64,000 bases of DNA from an uncultured Oscillospiraceae bacterium (GTDB lineage Bacteria > Bacillota > Clostridia > Oscillospirales > Acutalibacteraceae), in contig OZ007023.1 of assembly GCA_963931525.1 (NCBI GenBank), positions 1,878,993 to 1,942,992 on the forward strand, read 5' to 3'. Below are positions 17,189 through 26,156 of this stretch, piece after piece; the first letter of the stretch is position 1; the number at the start of each line of letters is the position of its first letter. The notes under the pieces are model-generated. The model did not search any database, was not told where the DNA came from, and saw only the letters and a program-made list of their open reading frames with translations. Made by a program: the position numbers and the translations under genes.

Positions 17189-18129
17189 TTGCTCTCGCCT
17201 CCGTTCGTATCCGCCGCATCGTCCAGATACGCGGAATAATCGATATTGTCCTCGGCGAGATCCAAATCCTCCAGCCCGTAGTTCTGCATGAAATCCTCCA
17301 GATCCTTGTCCACATTCGGCTGGATGTAATAGGTGGATTTTGCAGGCTCAACGGTGGTGTCGGAAAGCACCGCTTTCTTGGTCGCGTCGTCCTTATCCGG
17401 TGAACCGTCGGGTGCTGTCGGATAATTCGCCTCAATGGTGGCGTAATCCTCGGGCAGCTTGTCCGTATCGCTGGTATCGGACACGACCGAACCGCTTTCA
17501 ATTGTGATGACGCGGTGGTGGAAATGGCGCACGAGGTTGTGCTCGTGCGTGACCATAACGACGGTCGTGCCGTTGGCGTTGATGTGGTTGAGCAGATCGA
17601 CGATCTCATATGACATTTCGGGGTCGATGTTCCCGGTCGGCTCGTCGGCGATAAGGATGCCCGCGTTATTGACCAGCGCACGGGCAAGCGCAACGCGCTG
17701 CTGCTCACCGCCCGAAAGCTGCGTGGGCATCTGCCGCGCCTTGGAGGTAAGCCCCACAAGGCTCAAAATATAGGGCACGCGCTTGCGGATCTCCTTTTCC
17801 TTCGCGCCGATGACGCGCATGGCAAACGCCACGTTGTCGAACACCGACATGGTCGGGATCAGGCGGAAATCCTGAAACACGATGCCCATGGTGCGGCGCA
17901 GCATCGGGATGTCGCGCTTGCGCATGGTCGTCAGGTCAAAGCCGTTGATATGCACCGTACCGCTGTTGGGCACCTCTTCGCGCATGATGATCTTCAAAAA
18001 CGTGCTTTTGCCCGCGCCGGAGGAGCCGACGATGAAAACAAACTCGCCGTCCTCGATGCGGATGTTGACATTTTTGAGCGCTTCGGTGCCGTTTTTATAT
18101 GTTTTGGAAACGTTCTTAAATTCAATCAC
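17185..18129 (-). CDS. ftsE: Cell-division ATP-binding protein FtsE with an acidic C-terminal extension of about 95 aa
   Basis: GTG start giving (M)IEFKNVSKTYKNG. Walker A is GSSGAGKST, the signature is LSGGEQQR, and Walker B is ILIADEP. The tail after ...ITIESGSVVSD is rich in D, E, T and P. Confidence 0.9.
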   Translation of the reverse strand: MIEFKNVSKTYKNGTEALKNVNIRIEDGEFVFIVGSSGAGKSTFLKIIMREEVPNSGTVHINGFDLTTMRKRDIPMLRRTMGIVFQDFRLIPTMSVFDNVAFAMRVIGAKEKEIRKRVPYILSLVGLTSKARQMPTQLSGGEQQRVALARALVNNAGILIADEPTGNIDPEMSYEIVDLLNHINANGTTVVMVTHEHNLVRHFHHRVITIESGSVVSDTSDTDKLPEDYATIEANYPTAPDGSPDKDDATKKAVLSDTTVEPAKSTYYIQPNVDKDLEDFMQNYGLEDLDLAEDNIDYSAYLDDAADTNGGESK

Positions 18130-18380
18130 TGCAAGATACCTACCTCGATAATCTGTCCGAATCAGAATATAAAGCAAGGGCGGCACGGCGTTTGCTGCGC
18201 AAAACCCCATACCACCCATATAGTATAGCATAAATCCGTCGTTTTTGTAACCGTTTTGTAACCGCTTTTCAAAGATTCTGTATTATTCCACAAAATATGC
18301 GTCACAGGCTGTGCAACATTCACAGAAAAAATCCTACATTTTGTGAACAAATGCAAAATCAACCGGCCATTTGGTAGAAA

Positions 18381-19466
18381 TCAATACTTGACGGGGCTGG
18401 AATCCAAATATTTTTTGACCATCAGCGCCACCTTGAACACAATGGCATCATCGAACTCGCGCAAATCGAGCCCCGTGAGCTTTTTGATCTTTTCAAGGCG
18501 GTACACCAGCGTGTTGCGGTGCACAAACAGCTTGCGCGACGTCTCGGAAACGTTCAGGTTGTTTTCAAAGAACTTCTGAATGGTAAAGAGCGTCTCCTGA
18601 TCGAGCGATTCGATCGAGCCGCGTTTAAAAACCTCTTTGAGGAACATCTCGCACAGCGTCGTAGGCAGCTGATAGATCAGACGGGCGATGCCGAGATTGT
18701 CGTAGCTGACGATCGTCTTTTCGGTGTCGAACACCTTGCCGACCTCCAGCGCCACCTGCGCTTCGCGGAAGGAGCGCGCCAGATCCTTGATGCCCTCGAC
18801 CGTAGTGCCGATACCGACGAGCACATGGGAATAATACTCCGCGCCGAGGCTGTCCGCGATAGAACGGGCGAGCTTTTCGAGGTCGCGCGGGTCAACGTTG
18901 GGCTTGACCTCTTTAATGAGCGCGATATCCGTTTCATTGAGGTTGATGACGAAATCCTTGTTCTTATCGGGGAACAGGTTTTGGATAACGTCGAACACGG
19001 AGATGTCCACATGCTCGGTGATACGAATAAGGATCACGACGCGCGTGACCTCATTATTGAAGCGCAGTTCGCGCGCCTTGAGGTAAATATCACCGGGCAG
19101 AATATTATCCAGGATCACATTTTTGATAAAATTACCGCGGTCATATTTTTCGTCATAATACTGCTTGATACTTGAAAGCGAGACCGCCAGCACCGCCGCG
19201 TATTTTTGGGCAAGCTCATCGTCACCCTCCACAAATACGGCGTATTCGGGATGCATATGCGTACCGAAGGACTTGTAGACATAACCGTCCGCCACGACAG
19301 GGTCGCTGGTTTGGAACACGGCGTTGAGTTCGGGCGAAAGCACCTCGCCCACCCTGCCGAGCTCGCTGCAGGAGATCACGGTACCCGTTTCATCCAAAAC
19401 GCCGAGCGTACGCTCGACTGCCTCTGTCATCTGATGCACGACAGCCTGAAAGAGCCTGTTCGACAT
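18381..19466 (-). CDS. PucR/CdaR-family transcriptional regulator
   Basis: 361 aa. C-terminal HTH is NLNVSETSRKLFVHRNTLVYRLEKIKKLTGLDLREFDDA. Confidence 0.85.
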   Translation of the reverse strand: MSNRLFQAVVHQMTEAVERTLGVLDETGTVISCSELGRVGEVLSPELNAVFQTSDPVVADGYVYKSFGTHMHPEYAVFVEGDDELAQKYAAVLAVSLSSIKQYYDEKYDRGNFIKNVILDNILPGDIYLKARELRFNNEVTRVVILIRITEHVDISVFDVIQNLFPDKNKDFVINLNETDIALIKEVKPNVDPRDLEKLARSIADSLGAEYYSHVLVGIGTTVEGIKDLARSFREAQVALEVGKVFDTEKTIVSYDNLGIARLIYQLPTTLCEMFLKEVFKRGSIESLDQETLFTIQKFFENNLNVSETSRKLFVHRNTLVYRLEKIKKLTGLDLREFDDAIVFKVALMVKKYLDSSPVKY

Positions 19467-19702
19467 AAGAGGATCCCTCCAAAACTATGTATTATACAAA
19501 TACGACAAACTCGTTACTATGTATTTTACACAATGATAGGAATTTTTGCAAGGGATTTTTTTGATATTTTCAAAATTTCATTTGCATTTTGCCCAAAAAA
19601 GATATTTTTTTTTGGTAATTCGGTAGATTACATCGGGATTTTTCATCGTTTTTCGGCGCTGAAAAATTGGGCAAAATTACCATAGCCGCTTGCCGCGTAC
19701 AC

Positions 19703-19729
19703 AAAAAAGCCGCAGTATACCCGCGGCTT
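19703..19729 (-). terminator. Intrinsic terminator
   Basis: On the minus strand: AAGCCGC-GGGTATACT-GCGGCTT followed by TTTTTG. Confidence 0.5.
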
Positions 19730-19749
19730 CGGCATAAGTCGGCAACCGG

Positions 19750-20166
19750 CTATCCGCAGCAGACGCTGCAATACGTATAGCCGTCCGCAAGCAAATCCGG
19801 GATCTGCGTTTCACCCGCTTCGGCGCGGTTCTCCGCCTTGAGAGACGCGGCGTAACGGCAGTCTGCCTTGTGGATCTTTTTGGAATTTGTATTCACAACA
19901 TACTCCGCTGCGGCGGGTTCGGTCTCAATGCTCCGCACGGGCGATTGTGTGGTGGCGGCAGGCACCGTGGTCTGCTCGTCATACCAATGGATCGACGGCA
20001 GCGTTTCTTCTTCGGCGTTTGTAAGTTTCGCCTGTACAGTACGGTTCAGCAGCACCTGATTGCCAAGGAGCGCGGCGCCGAGCACCGCGCAGATCAGTGC
20101 ACAGGAGGCGAGTATGAGCGGACGGTCTCTAAGAAAATCCGCAAGTTTTTCAAGCCCCTTTTTCAT
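19750..20166 (-). CDS. Membrane-anchored protein with a C-terminal Ada-like H/Cys zinc motif
   Basis: Start MKKGLEK (ATGA overlap with the upstream gene) and one TM helix. The C-terminus is VVNTNSKKIHKADCRYAASLKAENR...LLADGYTYCSVCCG. Confidence 0.7.
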   Translation of the reverse strand: MKKGLEKLADFLRDRPLILASCALICAVLGAALLGNQVLLNRTVQAKLTNAEEETLPSIHWYDEQTTVPAATTQSPVRSIETEPAAAEYVVNTNSKKIHKADCRYAASLKAENRAEAGETQIPDLLADGYTYCSVCCG

Positions 20167-20687
20167 TGAACATACCCCTCGCAGTGCGCGCACATGGAAT
20201 AGCCGTTCGCCAAATATTCCTCGAGCTGCCCGGCGGAGATCTCCTCGCGGTTTTCTTCTTTCATATTCCGCACATACGAGCAGTCCGGGCTGTGGATCTT
20301 TTTAGAATTGGTATTGACAACGAGCACCTCGGAAAGCTGCGTGGACTTTTCGGTAGTGGTCGCCGCCTGCCGGCGGGTCGTTTCCGTGCGCACCGCTGCA
20401 GTGCGGCTGCGCGATGTCGTCTGCCCGGACGTCTCTGTCTGTTCCGCTATCGAAGCCGCTGGTTGCGTCTGTGTCAGAACGAGTGACGCCTCATTCGGTG
20501 CATCCGCAGACGCGAGGGTTTCAGCCGGATCAGCAGTCGTTTGAGCTTCCTGCGCTGCGGGAAGCGCGTCGAGCGTAGTGCGCAAAGACAGCTGCATTCC
20601 AAGCGTGCAGCCGAGCAGCACGAACGCCAGCAAAAAGAAAGCGGCGGTGAACAGGAGCGCGTTCCGTTTCCCGTCCATCGCCGTCAC
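20163..20687 (-). CDS. Paralogue of 19750..20166
   Basis: One TM helix and a T/A/Q-rich linker. The C-terminus is VVNTNSKKIHSPDCSYVRNMKEENR...YLANGYSMCAHCEGY. Confidence 0.7.
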   Translation of the reverse strand: MTAMDGKRNALLFTAAFFLLAFVLLGCTLGMQLSLRTTLDALPAAQEAQTTADPAETLASADAPNEASLVLTQTQPAASIAEQTETSGQTTSRSRTAAVRTETTRRQAATTTEKSTQLSEVLVVNTNSKKIHSPDCSYVRNMKEENREEISAGQLEEYLANGYSMCAHCEGYVQ

Positions 20688-20774
20688 ATCCTTTTGGTAA
20701 AAATTTCCAAAACGAAAGAATACGACAATATATTACACAATTTTTTCGGTCTTGTCACAAAACGTGCCGCATTA

Positions 20775-21353
20775 TCACAGCTCGGCAGGGCTGCCGTGCA
20801 GCTCAAGCACCTCGGCGCCGAGGCTTTGTGCTTCACGCGGATCATGTGTCACAAACAGCACGGGGCGACGCTGTGCCTCGGTTTTAAGCAGCGGCAAAAG
20901 CGACGCGCGCAAGCTCTCGTCCAGCCCCCCGAACGGCTCGTCCAGCAACAGAAATTCGCTGCTGTGCGCCAGGGCGCGCGCCAATGCTGCACGGCGGCGC
21001 ATCCCGCCGCTCAAGGCTGCAGGTTTCGTGTGCAGTTCTTCACCAAGCCCTACTTTTTCCAAAGCCGTGCGCGCCGATGCCTCGTCGCTTGCGAGTGCGA
21101 CGTTTTGCAGGGTATCAAGCCACGGCAAGAGGCGGTTTTCCTGAAACAGGTAGGTAAAACGCGCCGGAAAGCCCTCGACCGTACCGCTCTGCGGTTTTTC
21201 AAGCCCGCATAAGATACGCAGGAAAGTGGTCTTGCCCACGCCTGACGCACCCATCAGCGCCGTAACGCCCGCAAAGGAAAGGGTCTGCGTAAAGTGCGAA
21301 AAGACCGCTTTTTCACCGTAACGAACGGTGACATCCCGAAAGGTCACATTCAT
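20775..21353 (-). CDS. ABC transporter ATP-binding protein (NitT/TauT-like)
   Basis: Walker A GASGVGKTT, signature LSGGMRRR, Walker B LLLDEPFGGLD, H-loop VTHD. Confidence 0.9.
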   Translation of the reverse strand: MNVTFRDVTVRYGEKAVFSHFTQTLSFAGVTALMGASGVGKTTFLRILCGLEKPQSGTVEGFPARFTYLFQENRLLPWLDTLQNVALASDEASARTALEKVGLGEELHTKPAALSGGMRRRAALARALAHSSEFLLLDEPFGGLDESLRASLLPLLKTEAQRRPVLFVTHDPREAQSLGAEVLELHGSPAEL

Positions 21354-22141
21354 ACAGCGCCCTCCTTTGCTGCATAAGCGGATATTTTCCCCACGAGAAA
21401 CACGATCAGCCGCTCAAACGCCATACTCAGCAGGATAACGACCAATGTCCATGCAAACAGGTCCGCTGTTTCCAAATATACCTTGGCGTTGTTGAGCTGC
21501 GCGCCGATGGAATCGCGCGGGGTGCTGATCACCTCGGCGGCAATGCCCGCCTTCCACGCAAAGCCGATCGCAGTTGTCAAGGCGGTCAGCAAAGACGGCA
21601 GGGCGCTCGGAAAATACACATACCGCAGGATTTTATGTTTGGTAAGCCCATACACGCGCGCCATTTCCAAAAGCTGCGGGTCGGTTTCGGCGATCCCCGT
21701 TGCGAGATTTGCCCAAATGATCGGCAAAACCATCAAAAAGGAAATAAAGATCGGTACGCTTTCCTTTTGCAGCCAGACGAGCGCCAGAATGATGAACGAA
21801 ACGACGGGGGTGGTCTTGATGACCGTGAGCATCGGCTTGAATACGGCATAGAGCCACTCGGAGCACGCCGTGAGCACGGCGAGCAGGACACCGCCGCATA
21901 TGCCGAGCAGGTACCCTTCGGTGATCCCTAAAAGCGAACGCAGCGTTTTCAGCCAAAAATCCCCCGTGCCGAGCAGGGAGAACAGGCGCGTAAACGTCGC
22001 GTACGGCGACGCAAACAGCACCTCTTTGCCGACAACGCTGCTCAACACCTGCCAGGCGGCAAGCCACACGCACGCCGAAAGGACAATGCGTGCAGCTTTT
22101 TTGCCGATCTCTTTTTGCCGGCTGCCGCGCTCAGACGCCAT
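21350..22141 (-). CDS. ABC transporter permease (NitT/TauT-like)
   Basis: Six hydrophobic helices and the EAA-like loop MARVYGLTKHKILRYVYFPSALPS. The start was trimmed so that it only minimally overlaps the SBP gene. Confidence 0.85.
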   Translation of the reverse strand: MASERGSRQKEIGKKAARIVLSACVWLAAWQVLSSVVGKEVLFASPYATFTRLFSLLGTGDFWLKTLRSLLGITEGYLLGICGGVLLAVLTACSEWLYAVFKPMLTVIKTTPVVSFIILALVWLQKESVPIFISFLMVLPIIWANLATGIAETDPQLLEMARVYGLTKHKILRYVYFPSALPSLLTALTTAIGFAWKAGIAAEVISTPRDSIGAQLNNAKVYLETADLFAWTLVVILLSMAFERLIVFLVGKISAYAAKEGAV

Positions 22142-23120
22142 ACCAGAAATCATCGCCGGGCAGGCTGCCGCCGACGGACTGCGCGTTTGCCTCATACAGC
22201 ACCGTCAGGTTTGCCGTAGCAATATCGCGCATGGCCGTACCGCTTTGGAACGTGATGCTGCAGCGCGGGATCGCCTGCTTTGCAACTGCGGCTTTCGGGA
22301 TCACGCCGTAGGTCTCGCAAAGCGCTGCCGTTTCATCCAGATTGGTCTGCGTGTATTCGACAGACGCCTGATATTCCGTAAGGAAGGCGTCCACGGTCTC
22401 TTTGTTCTGTTCTACATAATCCTTGCGTGCCACGATACAGCCCATAGCGAGCGCTACGCCGCTGGCTTCTTCAAAAGCGTCGGAAAGGTCAAGAACGGTT
22501 TGCAGTGCTTCGTTTTGCGACAGTGCGGAGGTCACATTCGGCTCGGGCAGCAGATACAGCGTATTGTCCCCCGTAGTCGCCGCAGCGGCAAGCGTAGCGA
22601 CCTCGGCATGCTCGGAGCGGTATTCCACCGTAACACTGTCGGTAAGGCCGTTTTGTTCCAAAAGATAATTGAGCACATATTCGGGCGTAGCCCCCTGCCC
22701 CGCCGAAATCACGGTCTTGCCCGCGAGATCCGCGATGCTTTCCAACGGCTGCGCGGAAAGCAGATACAGCGTGCCGAGCGTATTGATGGCGAGCATCTGG
22801 ATATTGCCTTCCAGCTTGTTATACAGTACCGAAGCCATGTTCAGCGGGCATGCGGCGATGTCGTAATTGCCGGCAATCATGCCTGCGGAGATCTCCGTAG
22901 GATCGGTGGAAAGCGTGATGGTGTAGTCGTTGGCGGCAGTGCCTGCGTCGTCATCCGACCAGAGCTTCACGGTGCCGACACCCGTCGGGCCCATGAGGGT
23001 GCCAAGGCGCACGACTGCCTTTTGCGCCGGTGTGTCATCTGTGGTCGTATCGCTGCTGCCGCAGGCGGCAAGCGAGAATACCATCAGGAGACTTAACAGC
23101 AATGCGATGGTTTTTTTCAT
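22131..23120 (-). CDS. ABC transporter substrate-binding lipoprotein (NMT1/sulfonate-nitrate type)
   Basis: Leader MKKTIALLLSLLMVFSLAACGSS with a lipobox. The family call rests on operon context and overall resemblance only. Confidence 0.8.
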   Translation of the reverse strand: MKKTIALLLSLLMVFSLAACGSSDTTTDDTPAQKAVVRLGTLMGPTGVGTVKLWSDDDAGTAANDYTITLSTDPTEISAGMIAGNYDIAACPLNMASVLYNKLEGNIQMLAINTLGTLYLLSAQPLESIADLAGKTVISAGQGATPEYVLNYLLEQNGLTDSVTVEYRSEHAEVATLAAAATTGDNTLYLLPEPNVTSALSQNEALQTVLDLSDAFEEASGVALAMGCIVARKDYVEQNKETVDAFLTEYQASVEYTQTNLDETAALCETYGVIPKAAVAKQAIPRCSITFQSGTAMRDIATANLTVLYEANAQSVGGSLPGDDFWYGV

Positions 23121-23156
23121 ATGGATCTTCCTTTCACGGCGACGAAAAAGCGACGC

Positions 23157-23798
23157 CTAAACATTTGTGAGTGTGATGGTTTTTCCGGCATACCGCAGCT
23201 TACCCTCTTCAGAGAGGCTTTCCAGCGCACGGTAAACACCCGCACGGCTGACGTTGATCTGGCGGGATAGCTCGGTGACGTTGACATTGCAAAGTGTACC
23301 GTCATCGCCGCAGACGCTTTGCAGATGCGCGAACAGGCGTTCCTCTGCGCTCGGGGCGGTATATGCCTCGATCTTGCGGTTCAGGAAATAAATGCGCTCC
23401 GAAAGATACGTGATATACGCCACGGCAAAATCACGGCTTTGCGCCATCAATGCATCCACGCCCGGTTTTTCGAGAAACAGCACCCGGCAGGCGGTTTTTG
23501 CAACGATCGAATTCACGAACTCCTCGGCGCGGTTATACAGCGTGACTGTACCGAACTGCCCGCCGCGTTTCAAAACGCTGACGGTCACATGGTCCTTCAT
23601 CACCCGTGCTTCTCCCCGCAGCAGCACACCGATGCAGCGCGCACGGCTTTCGCGGGAAAAAATCAAGTCGTCTTTTTTGTAAGTATGGACAGATGCGGCG
23701 CTTTCTAACAACGTGTCAAGCCGGTCGGGCGTCAGCACGGAAAAAATGTCCGCGCACAAAAGCGCAGCCGTACATTCTTTTTTCAACGCTTCCGTCAT
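23157..23798 (-). CDS. Crp/Fnr-family transcriptional regulator
   Basis: 213 aa with a cNMP-binding-like N-terminus. C-terminal HTH is VTELSRQINVSRAGVYRALESL. Confidence 0.85.
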   Translation of the reverse strand: MTEALKKECTAALLCADIFSVLTPDRLDTLLESAASVHTYKKDDLIFSRESRARCIGVLLRGEARVMKDHVTVSVLKRGGQFGTVTLYNRAEEFVNSIVAKTACRVLFLEKPGVDALMAQSRDFAVAYITYLSERIYFLNRKIEAYTAPSAEERLFAHLQSVCGDDGTLCNVNVTELSRQINVSRAGVYRALESLSEEGKLRYAGKTITLTNV

Positions 23799-23957
23799 AC
23801 TTCCGCCTCATTTCTGTCTCATATGATACAGTATTTGGAGTATACTATATTTTTATAACGTCGTCAAGACAGCAACAGGACTTTATTTCACCCATAGGAA
23901 ATTTTCGGAAAAGTTCATAAAATGTTTGCAAAATCCCCTTGTTTTTTCTCGACAGGT

Positions 23958-23975
23958 TTGATAAAATTTTAACGT
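23958..23975. promoter_or_regulatory. Candidate Rex operator upstream of the Fe-ADH gene
   Basis: TTGATAAAATTTTAACGT compared with the clostridial Rex consensus TTGTTAA-N4-TTAACAA gives 3 mismatches. It lies about 55-70 bp upstream of the ATG at 24030. Confidence 0.35.
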
Positions 23976-24029
23976 AAGCTGCGGGGAAATTACCCGCGCG
24001 GCAATAACTGAATCAAAGGAGTGTCCTAT

Positions 24030-25178
24030 ATGGCAAATCGGTTTATTCTCAACGAAACCTCTTATCACGGTAAAGGCGCGATCCAGAGCATTGCAGATGA
24101 GGCGATCGCCCGTGGCTTCAAAAAAGCCTTTCTCTGCTCCGACCCCGATCTTCTGAAGTTCGGCGTTACGAAAAAGGTCACCGATATTCTGGACGCAAAA
24201 GGGCTCGCGTATGAGATCTATTCCGACATTAAGCCCAATCCCACCATTGAAAACTGCCAGCACGGCGTAGACGCGTTCAAGGCATCAGGTGCGGATTATC
24301 TGATTGCCATCGGCGGCGGCAGCTCGATGGATACGGCGAAAGCCATCGGCATTGTGGCGGCAAACCCCGAATTCTATGATATCCGCAGCTTGGAGGGCGT
24401 CGCGCCCACCAAGAACAAGGCGGTGCCGATCATTGCGGTGCCCACCACGGCCGGCACGGCGGCGGAAGTCACGATCAACTACGTCATCACCGATGCGGAG
24501 AAAAACCGCAAAATGGTCTGCGTAGACGTACATGACATCCCCGTAGTCGCCGTTGTTGACCCGGATATGATGTCGAGCATGCCCAAGGGCTTGACAGCCG
24601 CTACCGGCATGGATGCGCTCACCCACGCGATTGAAGGTTATATCACGAAAGGTGCATGGGCGCTTTCCGATATGTTCCACTTAAAGGCTATTGAGATCAT
24701 CTCGAAATTCCTGCGCGGCGCGGTGGAAAACACGGACGAAGGACGCGAAGGCATGGCGCTCGGTCAGTACATCGCGGGCATGGGCTTCTCGAACGTGGGT
24801 CTTGGCATCGTGCACTCCATGGCGCACCCGCTCGGCGCGCTGTATGATACCCCGCACGGCGTGGCAAACGCGATCATCCTGCCGACGGTCATGGCGTACA
24901 ACGCCCCCGCGACCGGTGAGAAATATCGTGACATCGCAAAAGCCATGGGCGTTGCGGGCGTGGATGAAATGTCCTTGGAGGATGCGCGCCAGGCGGCGAT
25001 CGATGCGGTGCGGCAGCTCTCGCAGGATGTGGGCATCCCCGCCGATCTCAAGAAGATCGTCAAGCCCGAGGATCTGGACTTCTTGGCGCAGTCCGCTTAT
25101 GACGATGCGTGCCGTCCCGGCAACCCGAGAGACACAAGCGTTGCGGAGATCAAGGCGCTGTACGAATCGCTGATCTGA
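24030..25178 (+). CDS. Iron-containing alcohol dehydrogenase (lactaldehyde/1,2-propanediol oxidoreductase-like)
   Basis: Start MANRFILNETSYHGKGA behind AAAGGAG. GGGSSMDTAK motif and His cluster HSMAHPLG...HG.ANA. The FucO-type assignment is tentative. Confidence 0.9.
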   Translation: MANRFILNETSYHGKGAIQSIADEAIARGFKKAFLCSDPDLLKFGVTKKVTDILDAKGLAYEIYSDIKPNPTIENCQHGVDAFKASGADYLIAIGGGSSMDTAKAIGIVAANPEFYDIRSLEGVAPTKNKAVPIIAVPTTAGTAAEVTINYVITDAEKNRKMVCVDVHDIPVVAVVDPDMMSSMPKGLTAATGMDALTHAIEGYITKGAWALSDMFHLKAIEIISKFLRGAVENTDEGREGMALGQYIAGMGFSNVGLGIVHSMAHPLGALYDTPHGVANAIILPTVMAYNAPATGEKYRDIAKAMGVAGVDEMSLEDARQAAIDAVRQLSQDVGIPADLKKIVKPEDLDFLAQSAYDDACRPGNPRDTSVAEIKALYESLI

Positions 25179-25193
25179 CCGAAATACAGTATA

Positions 25194-25231
25194 CAAAAAG
25201 CGGTATCGCGTTTGCGATACCGCTTTCTTTA
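25194..25231. terminator. Bidirectional intrinsic terminator
   Basis: AGCGGTATCGC-gttt-GCGATACCGCT, flanked by CAAAAA and TTCTTTA, between convergent genes. Confidence 0.65.
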
Positions 25232-25244
25232 TGCCCGGTAAATT

Positions 25245-26135
25245 TTACGCGCCGCGCTCGTCGCCGAAGAAGAACAGGGCAACCGTGCCGGGGCCTGTGT
25301 GTGCGCCGATGACCGTGCCGATGCTGTTGATCATCACCTTGCCGTCAAGGTTCGGGAAAGTCGCTTCCACACGGTCGGCGACCGCACGGGCATCCGCTTC
25401 GCAGGCGGAATGCGAGATAAAGCATTTGCCGCTGTAATCGCGCCCGCCCTCGGCGTGTTCCACCATTTTGGAGACGATCTCGTCGATCGCTTTCACCTTA
25501 CCGCGGCATTTCTGGCGCGGGATGAGCTTACCCTCGTTGTTGACATTCAACAGCGGGCAGATCTTGAGCACCGTGCCGAAGAAGCCCGCCACGGGCGTGA
25601 CGCGCCCACCGCGAATATAGCTGGTCAAATCCGTCGAGAAGAACCAATGGTGCAGACGCAGCTTATTTTGCTCCAGATAATCGCAGACTTCCTCGGCGGA
25701 TTTCCCGCTGTCGCGCAGATCGGCGGCTTTGTCCACCAAAAGCCCGTACCCCGAAGAAGCCGCAAGGGAATCGACGATATACAGCTTCGCGTCCGGATAC
25801 TTTTCCGTAAGCGTTTCCCGCGCGATGCGCGCCGAGTTTGCAGAGCCCGAAAGCCCGCTCGAAAACGCGATGTGCAGCACTTCCCTGCCCGCTTTCAAAA
25901 ATGGCTCGAAGTATTCCACATACTGCTGGACATTGATCTGCGAGGTGGTCGGCTGCGCGCCGTCGGCGATGCGCCGGTAAAACTCGTCAAAGGGAATGGA
26001 CTGCCCGAGGTCGTCGAGGTATTCCTTGCCGCCCATTTGAAAATGGAAGCAGGTAAAGTGAATATCGCGTTCCTCAAAATACGACAGCGGCAGATCCGCC
26101 GTCGAGCAGCAAGATAAAATAAAATCAGATCGCAT
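25245..26135 (-). CDS. DegV-family fatty-acid-binding protein
   Basis: 296 aa with the DegV-type layout (ILSCCSTADLP..., SSGLSGS, ...VDSLAASSGYG). Confidence 0.88.
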   Translation of the reverse strand: MRSDFILSCCSTADLPLSYFEERDIHFTCFHFQMGGKEYLDDLGQSIPFDEFYRRIADGAQPTTSQINVQQYVEYFEPFLKAGREVLHIAFSSGLSGSANSARIARETLTEKYPDAKLYIVDSLAASSGYGLLVDKAADLRDSGKSAEEVCDYLEQNKLRLHHWFFSTDLTSYIRGGRVTPVAGFFGTVLKICPLLNVNNEGKLIPRQKCRGKVKAIDEIVSKMVEHAEGGRDYSGKCFISHSACEADARAVADRVEATFPNLDGKVMINSIGTVIGAHTGPGTVALFFFGDERGA

Positions 26136-26156
26136 GGTTTTGTCTCCCGTTTTGTT

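Noticed and set aside
17043-17759. 238-aa minus-strand ORF overlapping the ftsE/ftsX junction in another frame.
   Set aside because: It lies entirely within confidently assigned ftsE and ftsX coding sequence, and its translation is Pro/Arg/Ser/Thr-rich low complexity.
23799-24029. A Crp/Fnr-type TTGAT-N4-ATCAA site in the divergent region.
   Set aside because: I found no convincing dyad. The only palindrome-like element fits the Rex half-site spacing better and is reported separately at low confidence.
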